Of a stretch of DNA of 64,000 nucleotides, positions 21,006 through 32,180 are shown piece by piece. A program made the position numbers and the translations under genes. Each line of letters opens with the position of its first letter. Within the stretch, counting starts at the first letter, position 1. Where the stretch lies: assembly GCA_002269645.1 (NCBI GenBank), contig NIVC01001987.1, forward strand, positions 1-64,000, in the 5' to 3' direction. The DNA comes from Macrostomum lignano. Taxonomy: Eukaryota. Under the pieces are notes generated by a model. It had not been told where the DNA came from and did not search any database. It worked only from the letters and a program-made list of their open reading frames with translations.

Positions 21006-23508
21006 GTTTGGTAAACACTAGCCGGTAAGAAGTGGTAAAGTGCTTACCGGTAGTGATGGCTGGTAAATGGCAAATTGTGACAGAATAATAAAATCGAGTT
21101 GCGCCGTTTAAATTTCAAAATTGGGAATTTAGGTTTCTTTTAGATTACTGTAAGTAGTCAGTTGCGATAGCTTTTCAAGTCTGAATTATGAGAGTCCAAA
21201 AATGCACGAAAAATTTATGCTACTGGAACCAAAAAAAAATTACTAGTATGAATTGCTTACCATTAAATGCATGCCTATTCCAAAAAATCAACCAAAAAAA
21301 TTATAAAATTCAAAAAGCCAGAGCATATAAAAAAAATCAACCCCGCACATATAACTCTCTCAGCTTGACCAGTTATCTAGGCTCTCTGCTTAGTTCTCCA
21401 GTTTTGATTTCAGCCATCTAAATATGCGAAAAATAGAGACTTAGGATAGTTCTTGTACTTTTGCTAAACAGAAAAGTTTCGAACTGATCACTCGAAATTA
21501 AGCTATTAATTTTTGTCGTGTAGACAAGAGGCCATTATCCGAATGGTAATGCTTCCTCGGCCAAAACGTTCATTATAGAATGCTGACAGCGCTCGTAGTT
21601 TTTGTCTTGTTTGCTAAATCTAGAATCAGGCAGCTTTTTGGATGTGCGAAGCCTTGGTTTCATACGCAGGGCCTCACGGGTTTTGGGTTCAAAGGTTATA
21701 CTCTGGAGCAGATTAGTACGGGACAGTCGGATTAGCGTACTGTGTGATCATAGTATCATTTCGATTTAAATCGGGGTGTTCTATCTGAGTGCTTCTCACG
21801 AATTGTTGTCCGCTATTCGGGCTTTGGTGGTATAAATCGCTTTAAGTGGCAACGGAGAGCTCAAATTCCCACCGCAATTCTCGGTATTCCGGCTAACAAT
21901 GGCAAGTGCTGTGCCGTTGGGCCTCTGGATGCGCTGGGTCAGACATCCATGTCCTGAAAAATATGTCTGGGGTTGATGGCTACCGGAACGCGAGAGCAGC
22001 CACGCTACTTTGGGTTTGGGTACAGAATTGTGAGGTCTGAAGTTACTTTAAGTTCGTACATTTACCATCTGCTTAGCCTAGGAGTCTGGAAAGTGTGTAG
22101 GTATTACTTTCAGTAGTACAGTTTGCCAGTGCACAAGTAATTTTTCCTGGTTGCGGAATTTAGGGTTTGGAAGTTTGCTTTTGCCCTTTCGGTTCTTTCT
22201 TAGAATTGGAGGGGTATCTAATGTAAATACAGTAAGGAAAGCGGAGAGAATTACCCACACGGTGCCATGGTAGTATGTGCGAATTCCAGCTACCGCTCTG
22301 GTTAACGATTCTGCAGAGAGCAGAAAACGCCGTGGCTATTCATTTTTATGATAGCAAGAGGAGGGGAGCGCAGCTTTGTCTGGACAGACTCTACTGACTC
22401 AAGACACAGATGTCTTCTGTGGTTCGCCGCTATAAAAATACCCGACCCGATAACGTAGGGTCATAATATTTGACAAACTTTCCTGCTGCCCGTAGCTTTT
22501 TCTATGATCAAAATTCTTAGGGACCGTGCCAAAAGGTTTTGTTGCGGAGTGAACACTGCACTACGGACCTGCTTAACTCCTTGTGTATTATCTGTCTGTT
22601 CGCGAGTATCGTTCATTAGGTGTAATCCGCCCTCACCGGTCAATGCTGACGAAAACTACACAGAGGGGCCACTGGGCGCGCTGGGTCAGACGTCCAAGTT
22701 CCGCTAAAATATCAGCCTTGATGGGGATTGTGAATCTGTCTAGCCGTAGCAGCACCCGGACGGTTTCCTAGTGGCGATACCACGCAGGAGAGCTCTAATA
22801 CACATGAGGTGCCCACATATTGGCGCCTGCAATTTAGGCTAATGAGAGCTGATGAGACCCTCCATGATTTACTAGCCCATTAAAATTATTCGGAAGCAAA
22901 AAGAGCCGCTCAGAGAGAAAGAGAGACTGAGACTGTAGTAGCCTGCGGAAAGCTGTGGCCTCAGCCCAGTTGAGAATCAGTGAGTTTAAAAGCAGCAATT
23001 TGAGAAAATCCGAAGTCGGATTCAAGACAGAGACAGAAGGATTTTAGGTGTGAAAAGTTTGAAAGTCAAGTGTGACTGCGGTGTGAGTGGAATAAGTGAA
23101 GTTTCCGCTTTGTTGGTTTTTGCGTATTTTTTCATTTTTGTGCGGTGTTTGCGATCATTATCGCAAACCCCGCGTTCGTATCGTACGCTTTTTGTATATA
23201 GATTGCGTATCTTTTGCTTATTTGCGTGTTTTTTATTTTTGCTTGTAATTTATTGCTTTTGCTTTGAGCTCCCCAACTCGCGGCGCTCAACCCCCCCATT
23301 GCTCACTTGTGTCAAAACCCTACCCCAGTTAGGCTTTTTGCACAATCTCCCCCCTTCCCCCCCCCATTCGATTCGATTCATTGCTATTGTCTTGCTTTGA
23401 AGCAGACACCCAAATTCGGCTAATAGCCAATTGCATTCATTTTTTTCCGCCCCGGTTCAGATTCACATTCTTTTGTTCTGTCCCGGCAACTGGTGTTGTG
23501 CCCGAACT

Positions 23509-24858
23509 ATGGAAACATGTAATTCCAGTACCAGTAAGTCAGGAGGTAGAGGCAGAAGAGGTAGAGGGAATAGGAACGGATCAGCAGCCGCCGTTGCAGC
23601 CGCCTGCGATTTTTCGTCCCAGGGCTCAGGCTCCCCCGAGCGATCAGAGTGCGGGTCATCCCCGCAGAGAGCCCCACCTCAACCCCAAGCCGCCGACATG
23701 GCAGCCCAATTAGCGCAAGCCCTTGCAGCTATCGGATTGGGCAGAGAGACACAGAGTGTCAAGATTAGCGTTGAGAAATTCAACCCAGCAGAATCCTGCT
23801 TCCCCCAGTGGGTTGACAGAGTCAAGTTCAAACTCAGGTCTGAAGAGATTAGGGACAGAGAGCAGAAGAAGAGCACAGTAATCTCGCTCCTCCCCCCAGA
23901 TCTGCAGAGTCTTGCTATTGCCCTCCATCCCGGCCTTGACTTTGAGGAATTTATAGAAAGGTTAGGTCGTCAGGTAGGAGAGGCCAGCCCAGAACTAGCG
24001 AAGAGGAACAAGGTCCGGAATCTAAAACAGAAGGCAGGCCAGAATCACCACGCCTATTCGGCCATGGTGCGTAGTGTGATAGCTTCTGCTTACCCCGACA
24101 TGAGTCCTAGACAGTTAGAGTCGGAGGTGATCTTTGCCTACTTGGAAACAGCTGACATCGCCCCAGATGTGCGCAAGTCGCTGCTAGGGCAACAGTTTCG
24201 CAGCATTGATGAAGTGCTGGCAGCACAGCAGAATCTCCAAGAGGCAGATGAGATTTCCCGGCGCTTAGCGCGAGACCAGCCCAGATATGATCAGCGTAGG
24301 GACGATAGAAGCAGAGATCAGAATCGCCCCAGCGACAGAGAATATCAACGCAGGTGGGTCCGCATGCTAGAGTCAGAGGAAGGAAGGGAAGTAGAAGAGG
24401 CACTGGCAGATTTACAGCAGCGCCAAAACAGCCTAGATGAAACCGTCGGCAAGATTTACGGCGCTATGAGCCAGGTTGCGGAGAGGATTGATCAGGCCAT
24501 GATAAGCCACTCAGATCAGTGGGAGGGAGACCTCACCGTGGTAGAAGATACTGAGCGAGCTAGCCAACCGCCTAAGGGCAAGCCCCCGCCCCCCTCATCT
24601 CAAAATCTGTCAGCGAAGCCCGCACTATTGAGGCAGAACGCGATTTATGGTGACTCGGCCAAGCAGACTGAAAGAACTGAGGTTTACCGGCCCCCGCAGT
24701 TGCGCAACAGTGCACGCGCGCGCCCGCCTCCCCTGCATGTTCCTACCCAGGGAGAGAGCAGTACAGGAGAAGAGAATTTGAGGCCCCCGCCAACCCCGGC
24801 GCCAGGAGCGCAGAAACGGCGGCCCACTTTCTATCTCCCGCCCGGGTCGGAAAACTGA
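23509..24858 (+). CDS. gag: Retrotransposon Gag (449 aa, intact, no zinc knuckle)
   Basis: EKFNP...FPQWVDRV...FEEFIERL...LKQKAGQNHHAY...AYP capsid-like pattern; ends GSEN* on a slippery GGAAAAC. Confidence 0.8.
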   Translation: METCNSSTSKSGGRGRRGRGNRNGSAAAVAAACDFSSQGSGSPERSECGSSPQRAPPQPQAADMAAQLAQALAAIGLGRETQSVKISVEKFNPAESCFPQWVDRVKFKLRSEEIRDREQKKSTVISLLPPDLQSLAIALHPGLDFEEFIERLGRQVGEASPELAKRNKVRNLKQKAGQNHHAYSAMVRSVIASAYPDMSPRQLESEVIFAYLETADIAPDVRKSLLGQQFRSIDEVLAAQQNLQEADEISRRLARDQPRYDQRRDDRSRDQNRPSDREYQRRWVRMLESEEGREVEEALADLQQRQNSLDETVGKIYGAMSQVAERIDQAMISHSDQWEGDLTVVEDTERASQPPKGKPPPPSSQNLSAKPALLRQNAIYGDSAKQTERTEVYRPPQLRNSARARPPPLHVPTQGESSTGEENLRPPPTPAPGAQKRRPTFYLPPGSEN

Positions 24859-25361
24859 GAGTAGGGATGGGTGGCGCCCACACTCACCCCTCTTCTGGAC
24901 TTTCAAGGGCAAATTTAGCAAATGGTGGCAAAAGGAAAGTGAACCTTGTACCCGATTTCATTGTTCCTAGGAGGTCTGCAACATTTAAAAGCTCTCGAGC
25001 TGACGTGTATGTGAAAGTTCAAGTGGAGAGATTGCCACTCCGAATTCTCATTGATTCTGGATCGGCAGTCTCCATCTTGCCCTTCAGAGACTTTGTGGCG
25101 GCCACTAATGATGACATGGACAGGTTGGAAGCCCCTACAGTCTCTATCTATTCCTATAGCGGGCATAGATTAGAGATTGTGGGTCAGTCCAAGCTGATTG
25201 TCACCCTAGGGGCTGAAACCATGCCAGTAATGTTTTTAGTCGCCAGTGACCTCGCCACGAGGCCTCTGTTGGGCAACTCTTTTCTGGCAGCCGCGCCTGC
25301 TGTCTTGGACTATCACACTAGAAATTTACTAGTATTGGGGCAAATGCTCCCATTCTGTTGA
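24849..25361 (+). CDS. pro: Retropepsin aspartic protease, -1 frame relative to gag
   Basis: LRILIDSGSAVSIL and PLLGNSFL motifs; the frame overlaps the gag stop; ends in a clean stop with no RT following. Confidence 0.85.
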   Translation, partial: GKLRVGMGGAHTHPSSGLSRANLANGGKRKVNLVPDFIVPRRSATFKSSRADVYVKVQVERLPLRILIDSGSAVSILPFRDFVAATNDDMDRLEAPTVSIYSYSGHRLEIVGQSKLIVTLGAETMPVMFLVASDLATRPLLGNSFLAAAPAVLDYHTRNLLVLGQMLPFC

Positions 25362-25662
25362 CTTCCTTGCGAACTTTGAGGTTTGGGGCCCAACTCGGTT
25401 TCCCCTTGCCCACCCCTCTTTGGCTAAAGTATTATAACAGGTTGGACTTCTAGAGTGATTAGGTCAAATTAATCAGGAATAATAGTTAGGAATTTAAGAA
25501 AAATTATGAATGAAATGATAAGTTATGAAAAGCAGTTTATTTAAGAACAGAAATATTGGCACAAAGAAATTAATATGGTAATAGTTTGTTTAGAGAAGTA
25601 ATTTATGGATAGTAGTAATGCTGCAGCAATGGACAGAAAGGGTAGGCGTATGAGTCTGGAAG

Positions 25663-26197
25663 CTAGTGTAATTCGCTGAGCCGTGAGGCAGCCTGCAGCA
25701 GAAGCTCGACCGTCCGGTTGTGATCCGGACAGCCGTGCTGCACTGTCTGCAGCATGGTGGCGTGTTCCTGCAGCTGTACCGAAAGGTCGGCGGCAGCGGG
25801 TGCAGCGTTCTGGGTGGCGGCTGGCGTGCCCGACGGCTCCTCTTGGATGGAGTCCAGGGCCACCACCGGCGAGGCGCCTGGAGAGCCCGCACTGTACGCT
25901 CCGTAGGGAGTGGAGGCTGCCACAGTCGCGAGTCGGGTCGATGAGCTGCTGGAATGGTTGTTGCCGCGAGCTCGGCCACGACCGCGACCCCTGCCTCCTT
26001 GAGCTGGCTCAGCTTGACCCGGCAGGTGAACGTGGTCTCGATGAGGGGTGGCGCGAGGACCCCGGCGCGAGGACAGAGCACTCGCTGGCCGTCAGCGCGG
26101 GTCACCACCTCGGTGGGGAGTACTGAGAAGGTGCCGTGCAGAATTTTCTTATTGAGCACAAGGCTCTGTTGTAGGATCAGCGCTCCCTCTGCGAGTG
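25663..26197 (-). CDS. Antisense accessory gene inside the LTR element (probably spliced, one frameshift near 25925)
   Basis: GC-rich block. A pyrimidine tract and CAG acceptor precede EGALILQQSLVLNKKILHG; the protein-like frame switches to AASTPYG...ELLLQAASRLSELH*. Confidence 0.4.
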
Positions 26198-26745
26198 ATA
26201 GGCGGAGAAGTAGATGCAGGTCAAGGATAGAACAAGAGTTAGAGCTGTCAGGATTGGAATTAGCTCGAAATTCTTAATCGTTTTGAGCTCATAGTCTAAT
26301 TAACATAATTCTGAAGAGTCTATAATTCACTTGGGAGAATCCGCCGTGGCTATTTTTGGCATCCCCAGTTAGTCTGTTGGGATTCCTCATCTCTCCCCCC
26401 CCCAGTCTTCTCCTCTTCTCTCTTCCCTCCCTCGTGCACCCCATGCACCCCCATTGTAACCCTTGCTTTTTGTCTCTCTCGCTAAAAGTTGACGGTCTGT
26501 TGAGCCCAAATGTTTTATTGGCCCTCATAATGAGTTTTTTCTACTATGCGCCCCAAATGATTTGTATCAATTGGAGGGAGACTCCGGCGTGGAGTCACCC
26601 CCCCCCTTGTTTGCTGTTATCTGATGTTTTCCGGATATAAAGGGAAACACTTTAACTGTAAATCAATTCGATTTTCTGCGAGCTAAAGCATTCTGCTAAG
26701 CTATAATTCTTTTTCTGTAAGAGAGAACTTTGTGCATCTGCGAAA

Positions 26746-27717
26746 ATGGAAGCCTTTTCGGTTAATGCTATCAAAGAGGAAGCTCACTCACCGCTGTCAT
26801 CCGGCGCTACTAGTCCGCACAGCCGAGGCGGGCTGGGAAGCACGGGTGAGCGGCCGGCCATTCTGAATGGTCTGCGACACCTAGAAGGCGAGAGTGAAGA
26901 GAGGTATGAAGAACTCGAGCAAAGCGTGAAGGAGCGGGTGTTACGACAGCTGGGCATCCGCCTGCATGGAGAGGGCCCACTGCAATACACTCTGCCGCCC
27001 GCTGCCCAGCAAGCGATCAACGAGCGACACTCCCTGAGAGCCGCCCATGCTCGAGCGGCAACAATGATGGGTACGGAATTGGCCTACTCATGGGCTGACG
27101 TCGACAATAGCCTATGGCGGGTGATCCTCGGCGAAGCCTACGAAGCGCTGAGTCGGCATTTCCGCGAGATCGAAAGAGCGGGACCGTGGCCAACAGCGAC
27201 GAGGTGGCCGAATCTCACCCAGCGGCTGGCGCCGCTGCAGCTGAGCAACCCAGGCCGGGCGGTGCTCTACCTGGCCCAGCTGCTCACTTTCCCCTGTCCG
27301 GCGGCTGTCGACTACGGCCTCTCCCCTGCGGCGGCGGCTAACATCGTTTCCATGCTGAGCCGACACGAGGTCCATCTGACGGCTCTGCAGATGGCGATGT
27401 ACGCCAGACTTGTGCTGGGCCTGCGAGGCACCAACGTCATCGTCTTCCACGATGGGCTGTTCGCTCTAGCCACCGATCTAACGCAAGCGCTGTACGTCTA
27501 TGCGCCTCATCAAGCGGGCGAGTGGGCCGCGCAGCTAGCGCTGCAAGACTGCCTGGCAACAACAGTGCTGGTGTTGGCAGTCGGCGAAGCTCCCGAGAAC
27601 TGGGGCGGCCTGCCACTCTTGCAGCCCTGCCCTCGACGCCTTCGCGAACGCCTCATCATTGTCCCGGCGAACGAGCGTTTCTGGCTGCTGGTGCGCTGGT
27701 GCACTAACGTGCACTAA
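26746..27717 (+). CDS. Accessory protein of unknown function (323 aa, intact) in the LTR element 3' region
   Basis: ATG-initiated, GC-rich, uninterrupted; TATAAAG box at ~26635; AT-rich 3' flank. Confidence 0.7.
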   Translation: MEAFSVNAIKEEAHSPLSSGATSPHSRGGLGSTGERPAILNGLRHLEGESEERYEELEQSVKERVLRQLGIRLHGEGPLQYTLPPAAQQAINERHSLRAAHARAATMMGTELAYSWADVDNSLWRVILGEAYEALSRHFREIERAGPWPTATRWPNLTQRLAPLQLSNPGRAVLYLAQLLTFPCPAAVDYGLSPAAAANIVSMLSRHEVHLTALQMAMYARLVLGLRGTNVIVFHDGLFALATDLTQALYVYAPHQAGEWAAQLALQDCLATTVLVLAVGEAPENWGGLPLLQPCPRRLRERLIIVPANERFWLLVRWCTNVH

Positions 27718-28564
27718 ATTATACACAGTAACTTAGTTATCATATCAAATTGCACAAACGTAATGTCAGTTAGTATTAGTAATTGGAATTAGTTAGATTA
27801 GATATATAAGTATTGAGTTTAAGTCTAGTTTAATTCAATTCAGATACTAGATAGATATAAGCCCGAGATTAGATTTAATCATATCAGTACAGCGGTAATA
27901 TGATTACTAATTAGATGACGAGGCATTTTTGTCACTAAAAGGTGTCATATTTACTCCCACCGTGTACCTTTTACTTTTGTTTACATTCGGAAACACATTC
28001 GGATATTCGGATTCGGATTCGCAATTTTTTTGTACATTCAGATTCGGTTTCGGCAAATCGTAAAAATCTACATTCGGTCCATCACTAGTATGCTCCTAGA
28101 CCTAGATAAGTTTCTATTGCGCCATTGCCACCTAGGCAACACCTTTGGTAATATACTTTTCTAGGTGGCAAACTACTACAATGTCTAGTGCAACTAAATT
28201 TGATATAACAAACTCGTTAACTGTTCTTTAACTTAGTTAAAACTTAGTTCAAAATTTGTTAAATTCAAAAAATAATTAAATATGCAAAACTAAAGGATTG
28301 CCAAGTATTGCACTTATTAAAAAGTGATTATTGCACTTGATAAATAATATATTCACGTACTTAATGATTAAAAGATTATTGAACTTAATAAGTTCAAAAT
28401 ATTATATTAAATAAATACATGATTGTTGGAGTAGCTGAGGAAGGGATTATTGCACTAGCTTAGAAAAGGCTTATTTATCAACTAAGATATGAATTTTTAC
28501 AATATCTAAGAAAATCATAATGCTTTATCTAAGGAAATAATTGCATTAGATATTTTCCATCTGG

Positions 28565-28930
28565 TGGATGCTTGCTATTTAGAAATATTTGCTATTTAGA
28601 GATGCTTGCTTTCTGAGAGATGCTTGCTATTTGGGGGATGCTTGCTCTTAGGATAAGGGGATACTTGCTATCTAGAAAAGAGGTGCTAGCTATCTAGGGA
28701 TTCTTTCTATCTAGGGATGTTTAGTGTTTTGGGATGTTTGCTTTCTGGGAGATGCTTGCTATTAGGAGGGGTTGCTTGTTTTTTAGGGATGCTTTCTATC
28801 TGGGACTGGGAGATACTTGCTTTTTGTAGGATGCTTGCTATCTAGGGGGGGCAGGGGTGTTTGCTATCTTGGGATACTTGCTATTGTTGGATGCTTGTTA
28901 CCTAGAGGGATCCTTGCAGTCTTGGATATG
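28565..28930. repeat. Degenerate ~18-bp repeat (GGATGCTTGCTAT core)
   Basis: Direct reading. Confidence 0.75.
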
Positions 28931-29019
28931 TTTTCTATTTACAGAGAATGTCTGTTAGGCCCCTATCTTTGTAAAAGCTTTATTTTGTTGTCTTTTTATT
29001 ACTTTTAGTAAAGAGACTA

Positions 29020-30560
29020 GCAATCTACGCCCCCCGTTGGGGAGCCAAAGAAATGCAATACACGTATTTTTAATAAGCTACATGTAGCCTTGAAATCTTA
29101 AAAAATCTCCTGTCAAAATTCTAACCCTAACCAAAACCCTAAATTCAATATTTTGTCCATGGGTTTTTGCATGATCGATGCTTCTATGATTTTTGGCATG
29201 ACGCTTCCATTGTTTTTGCATGACGCTTCCATTATTTTTGCATGATGCTTCCATGATAAACATTTTTAATAAGCTAAATGAGCCAAGTTATAAGCTACCC
29301 TAACCCTAACCCTAACCCGAATCTTAACGCAATAACCCTGAACCTAACCCTAAACCTAAACCCTAATACCAACCCTAACACTAACCCTACAGCCTGACAT
29401 CTGCATAAGTTTGTGAAGAGCTAGTATTATTTTTAGCTTAGTATCTTAGCGTTAGGGAGCCAAAAATACAGTACAAGTTTTGTAATAAACTACATGTAGC
29501 ATCTCTTTGCAATATACCTCAGAAGTCCCTTGTAAGCCTTGAAATGTCAGTAATTCCCCCACAAGCTTTAACAAATCAACTCCCCCCTTGACATCTCAGC
29601 GATGCCCCAAATAAGCCTTGAAGTCTAAAAAAATCTGTCAACCTTCTAACCCTAACCCTAATCTAACCCTAACCCTAACCCTAGCCTAACCCTAACCCTA
29701 ACCCTAACCCTAGCCTAACCCTAACCCTAACCCTAACCCTAACCTAACCCTAAAGCATTGAAATTTCAGTAATTCTGAGTCATTATAGCACTACTACAGC
29801 GTTATAGCGATTCCCTGCAAGCCTCGACATCGTAGGGATTCCCAAATGAATCTCTTAACTTCGACATGAAGCTTCTTTTATTTTTTACATTATGCTTTTT
29901 CTATCAGTGAGCCCTGAGGAGCCAACAAAAAAATGTAATAAAAAGTTTTCATTAAACTACATGTAGCTTCTGACTTTAGCCTTGAAATCTCATTTATACC
30001 CCCGTGAGCCTTGACATCTCAGCTATTCCCCCCGTAAGCCTTGACATGTCAGCGATGCCCCCCATAAATCTTGAAATCTAAAAAAATCCCCTGTTAACCT
30101 TGAAACCCGATAAAATATAACCCTCAACCCACACCTGACCTAAACCTAACTTTAACCCAACCTAAAGCCTTGAAATCTCAGCAATTCTTCTCCCCTAAGC
30201 CTTGGCATTTTAGTGTTTCCTTCTTTAAGAATCACCAGCACTATAACGATTTCCACCAAGCTTTGACATTGTAGCAATTCCCAAATGAATCTTTTAACTT
30301 CGACATGACTTTTCTTATATGTATACATAGTGCTACTTTTATTTTTTACATGACTCTTCTTCTATCAGCGCCCCCCCTGTGGCGAGCCAACAATGAATGT
30401 AATAAAAATTGAGTAAAGTACATGAACTTTGAAGTAGCTTCTGACTTTTGCTTTGACATCTCAGAAACCCCCCCCACCTGTAATCTCAGTTATTCTCTGT
30501 GAGCCTCGACGTCTCAGTAATTCTCCCCAGCACAGCACTGTACTATAGCTTCATTTAATT
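29020..30560. repeat. Four diverged ~450-bp units containing telomere-like tracts
   Basis: GAGCCAA...TACATGTAGC/TACATGAAC anchors recur near 29045, 29458, 29920 and 30380; shares the GCCTTGACATCT...CCCCGTAA sub-repeats seen at 8000-8100. Confidence 0.65.
29645..29752. repeat. Interstitial telomeric (CCCTAA)n tract
   Basis: About 17 CCCTAA units with variants; a weaker tract at 29298-29380. Confidence 0.85.
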
Positions 30561-30689
30561 TTTATATGACACCTTTCATGTCTGACATGGCGCTTCTTTT
30601 GATTTTTACATGACGCTTCTTTTATTCTTCCATTATTCTTCTTAATTTTTTAAATGACACTTTCATTAGTTTTTATACGAGGCTTCTAT

Positions 30690-32128
30690 GATTGTCTGCA
30701 TGACGCTTCTATGATTTTACCATGACGCTTCTATTATTGTTTGCATGACGCTTCTATGATTTTTACATGACGCAACTATGATTTTTTAAATGACGCTTTT
30801 ATGATTTTTTACATGACGCTTTTATGATTTTTTACATGACGCTTCTATGATTGTTTACATGACGCTTCTATGATTTTTACATGATGCTTCTATGATTGTT
30901 TACATGACGCTTCTATGCTTGTTTACATGACGCTTCTATGATTGTTTACATGACTCTTCTATGATTGTTTACATGACGCTTCTATGATTGTTTACATGAC
31001 GCTTCTTTGATTTTTACATGACGCTTCTATGATTTTTTCCATGACGCTTCTATGATTGTTTACATGACGCTTCTATGATTTTTTCCATGACGCTTCTATG
31101 ATTTTTTCCATGACGCTTCTATGATTGCTTACATGACGCTTCTATGATTGTTTACATGACGATTCTATGATTGTTTACATGACGCTTCTATGATTTTTTT
31201 ACATGACGCTTCTATGATTTTTTACATGACGATTCTATGATTTTTTCCATGACGCTTCTATGATTGTTTACATGACGATTCTATGATTGTTTACATGACG
31301 CTACTATGATTGTTTGCATGACGCTTCTATGATTGTTTACATGACGCTTCTATGATTTTTTCATGACGCTACTATGATTGTTTACATGACGGTTCTATGA
31401 TTTTTACATGACGCTTCTATGATTTTTTCCATGACGCTTCTATGATTGCTTACATGACGCTTCTATGATTGTTTACATGACGCTTCTATGATTTTTTTTA
31501 CATGACGCTTCTATGATTTTTTACATGACGATTCTATGATTTTTTCCATGACGCTTCTATGATTGTTTACATGACGATTCTATGATTGTTTACATGACGC
31601 TTCTATGATTTTTTTACATGACGCTTCTATGATTTTTTACATGACGATTCTATGATTTTTTCCATGACGCTTCTATGATTGTTTACATGACGATTCTATG
31701 ATTGTTTACATGACGCTACTATGATTGTTTGCATGACGCTTCTATGATTGTTTACATGACGCTTCTATGATTTTTTCATGACGCTACTATGATTGTTTAC
31801 ATGACGGTTCTATGATTTTTACATGACGCTTCTATGATTTTTTCCATGACGCTTCTATGATTGCTTACATGACGCTTCTATGATTGTTTACATGACGCTT
31901 CTATGATTTTTTTTACATGACGCTTCTATGATTTTTTACATGACGATTCTATGATTTTTTCCATGACGCTTCTATGATTGTTTACATGACGATTCTATGA
32001 TTGTTTACATGACGCTTCTATGATTGTTTACATGACGCTTCTATGATTTTTTTATGACGCTTCTATGATTGTTTACATGACGATTCTATGATTGTTTACA
32101 TGACGCTTCTATGCTTTTTTACATGACG
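30690..32128. repeat. ~23-bp satellite (ATGACGCTTCTATGATTGTTTAC) with higher-order structure
   Basis: About 60 units; a diagnostic variant block recurs ~420 bp apart. Confidence 0.95.
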
Positions 32129-32180
32129 CCTTTAGTCCTTTATTTGTCCTTTAATAAAAGCTTTTAATAAAAAAACTTTT

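Larger units (their letters stand above)
19540..27960 (+). mobile_element. Gypsy-like LTR retroelement encoding Gag + protease only, with accessory ORFs
   Basis: LTR ending CA before a tRNA-Leu PBS; gag; -1-frame DSG protease; no RT, RNase H or integrase. The 3' LTR is at most a stub (TGTCATATTT at 27943), so both boundaries are uncertain. Confidence 0.7.
18800..28087. mobile_element. Non-autonomous hAT element expanded by an LTR insertion
   Basis: Imperfect TIRs TAGTGATAGATCC / TAGTGATGGACC; clustered ATTCGG subterminal repeats at both ends; degenerate 8-bp TSD (GT--GCAC / GTATGCTC). Confidence 0.55.

Noticed and set aside
30366-30385. CTCF-like site CAGCGCCCCCCCTGTGGC
   Set aside because: Extra C residues break the spacing, and it lies in a repeat unit whose other copies do not keep the motif.
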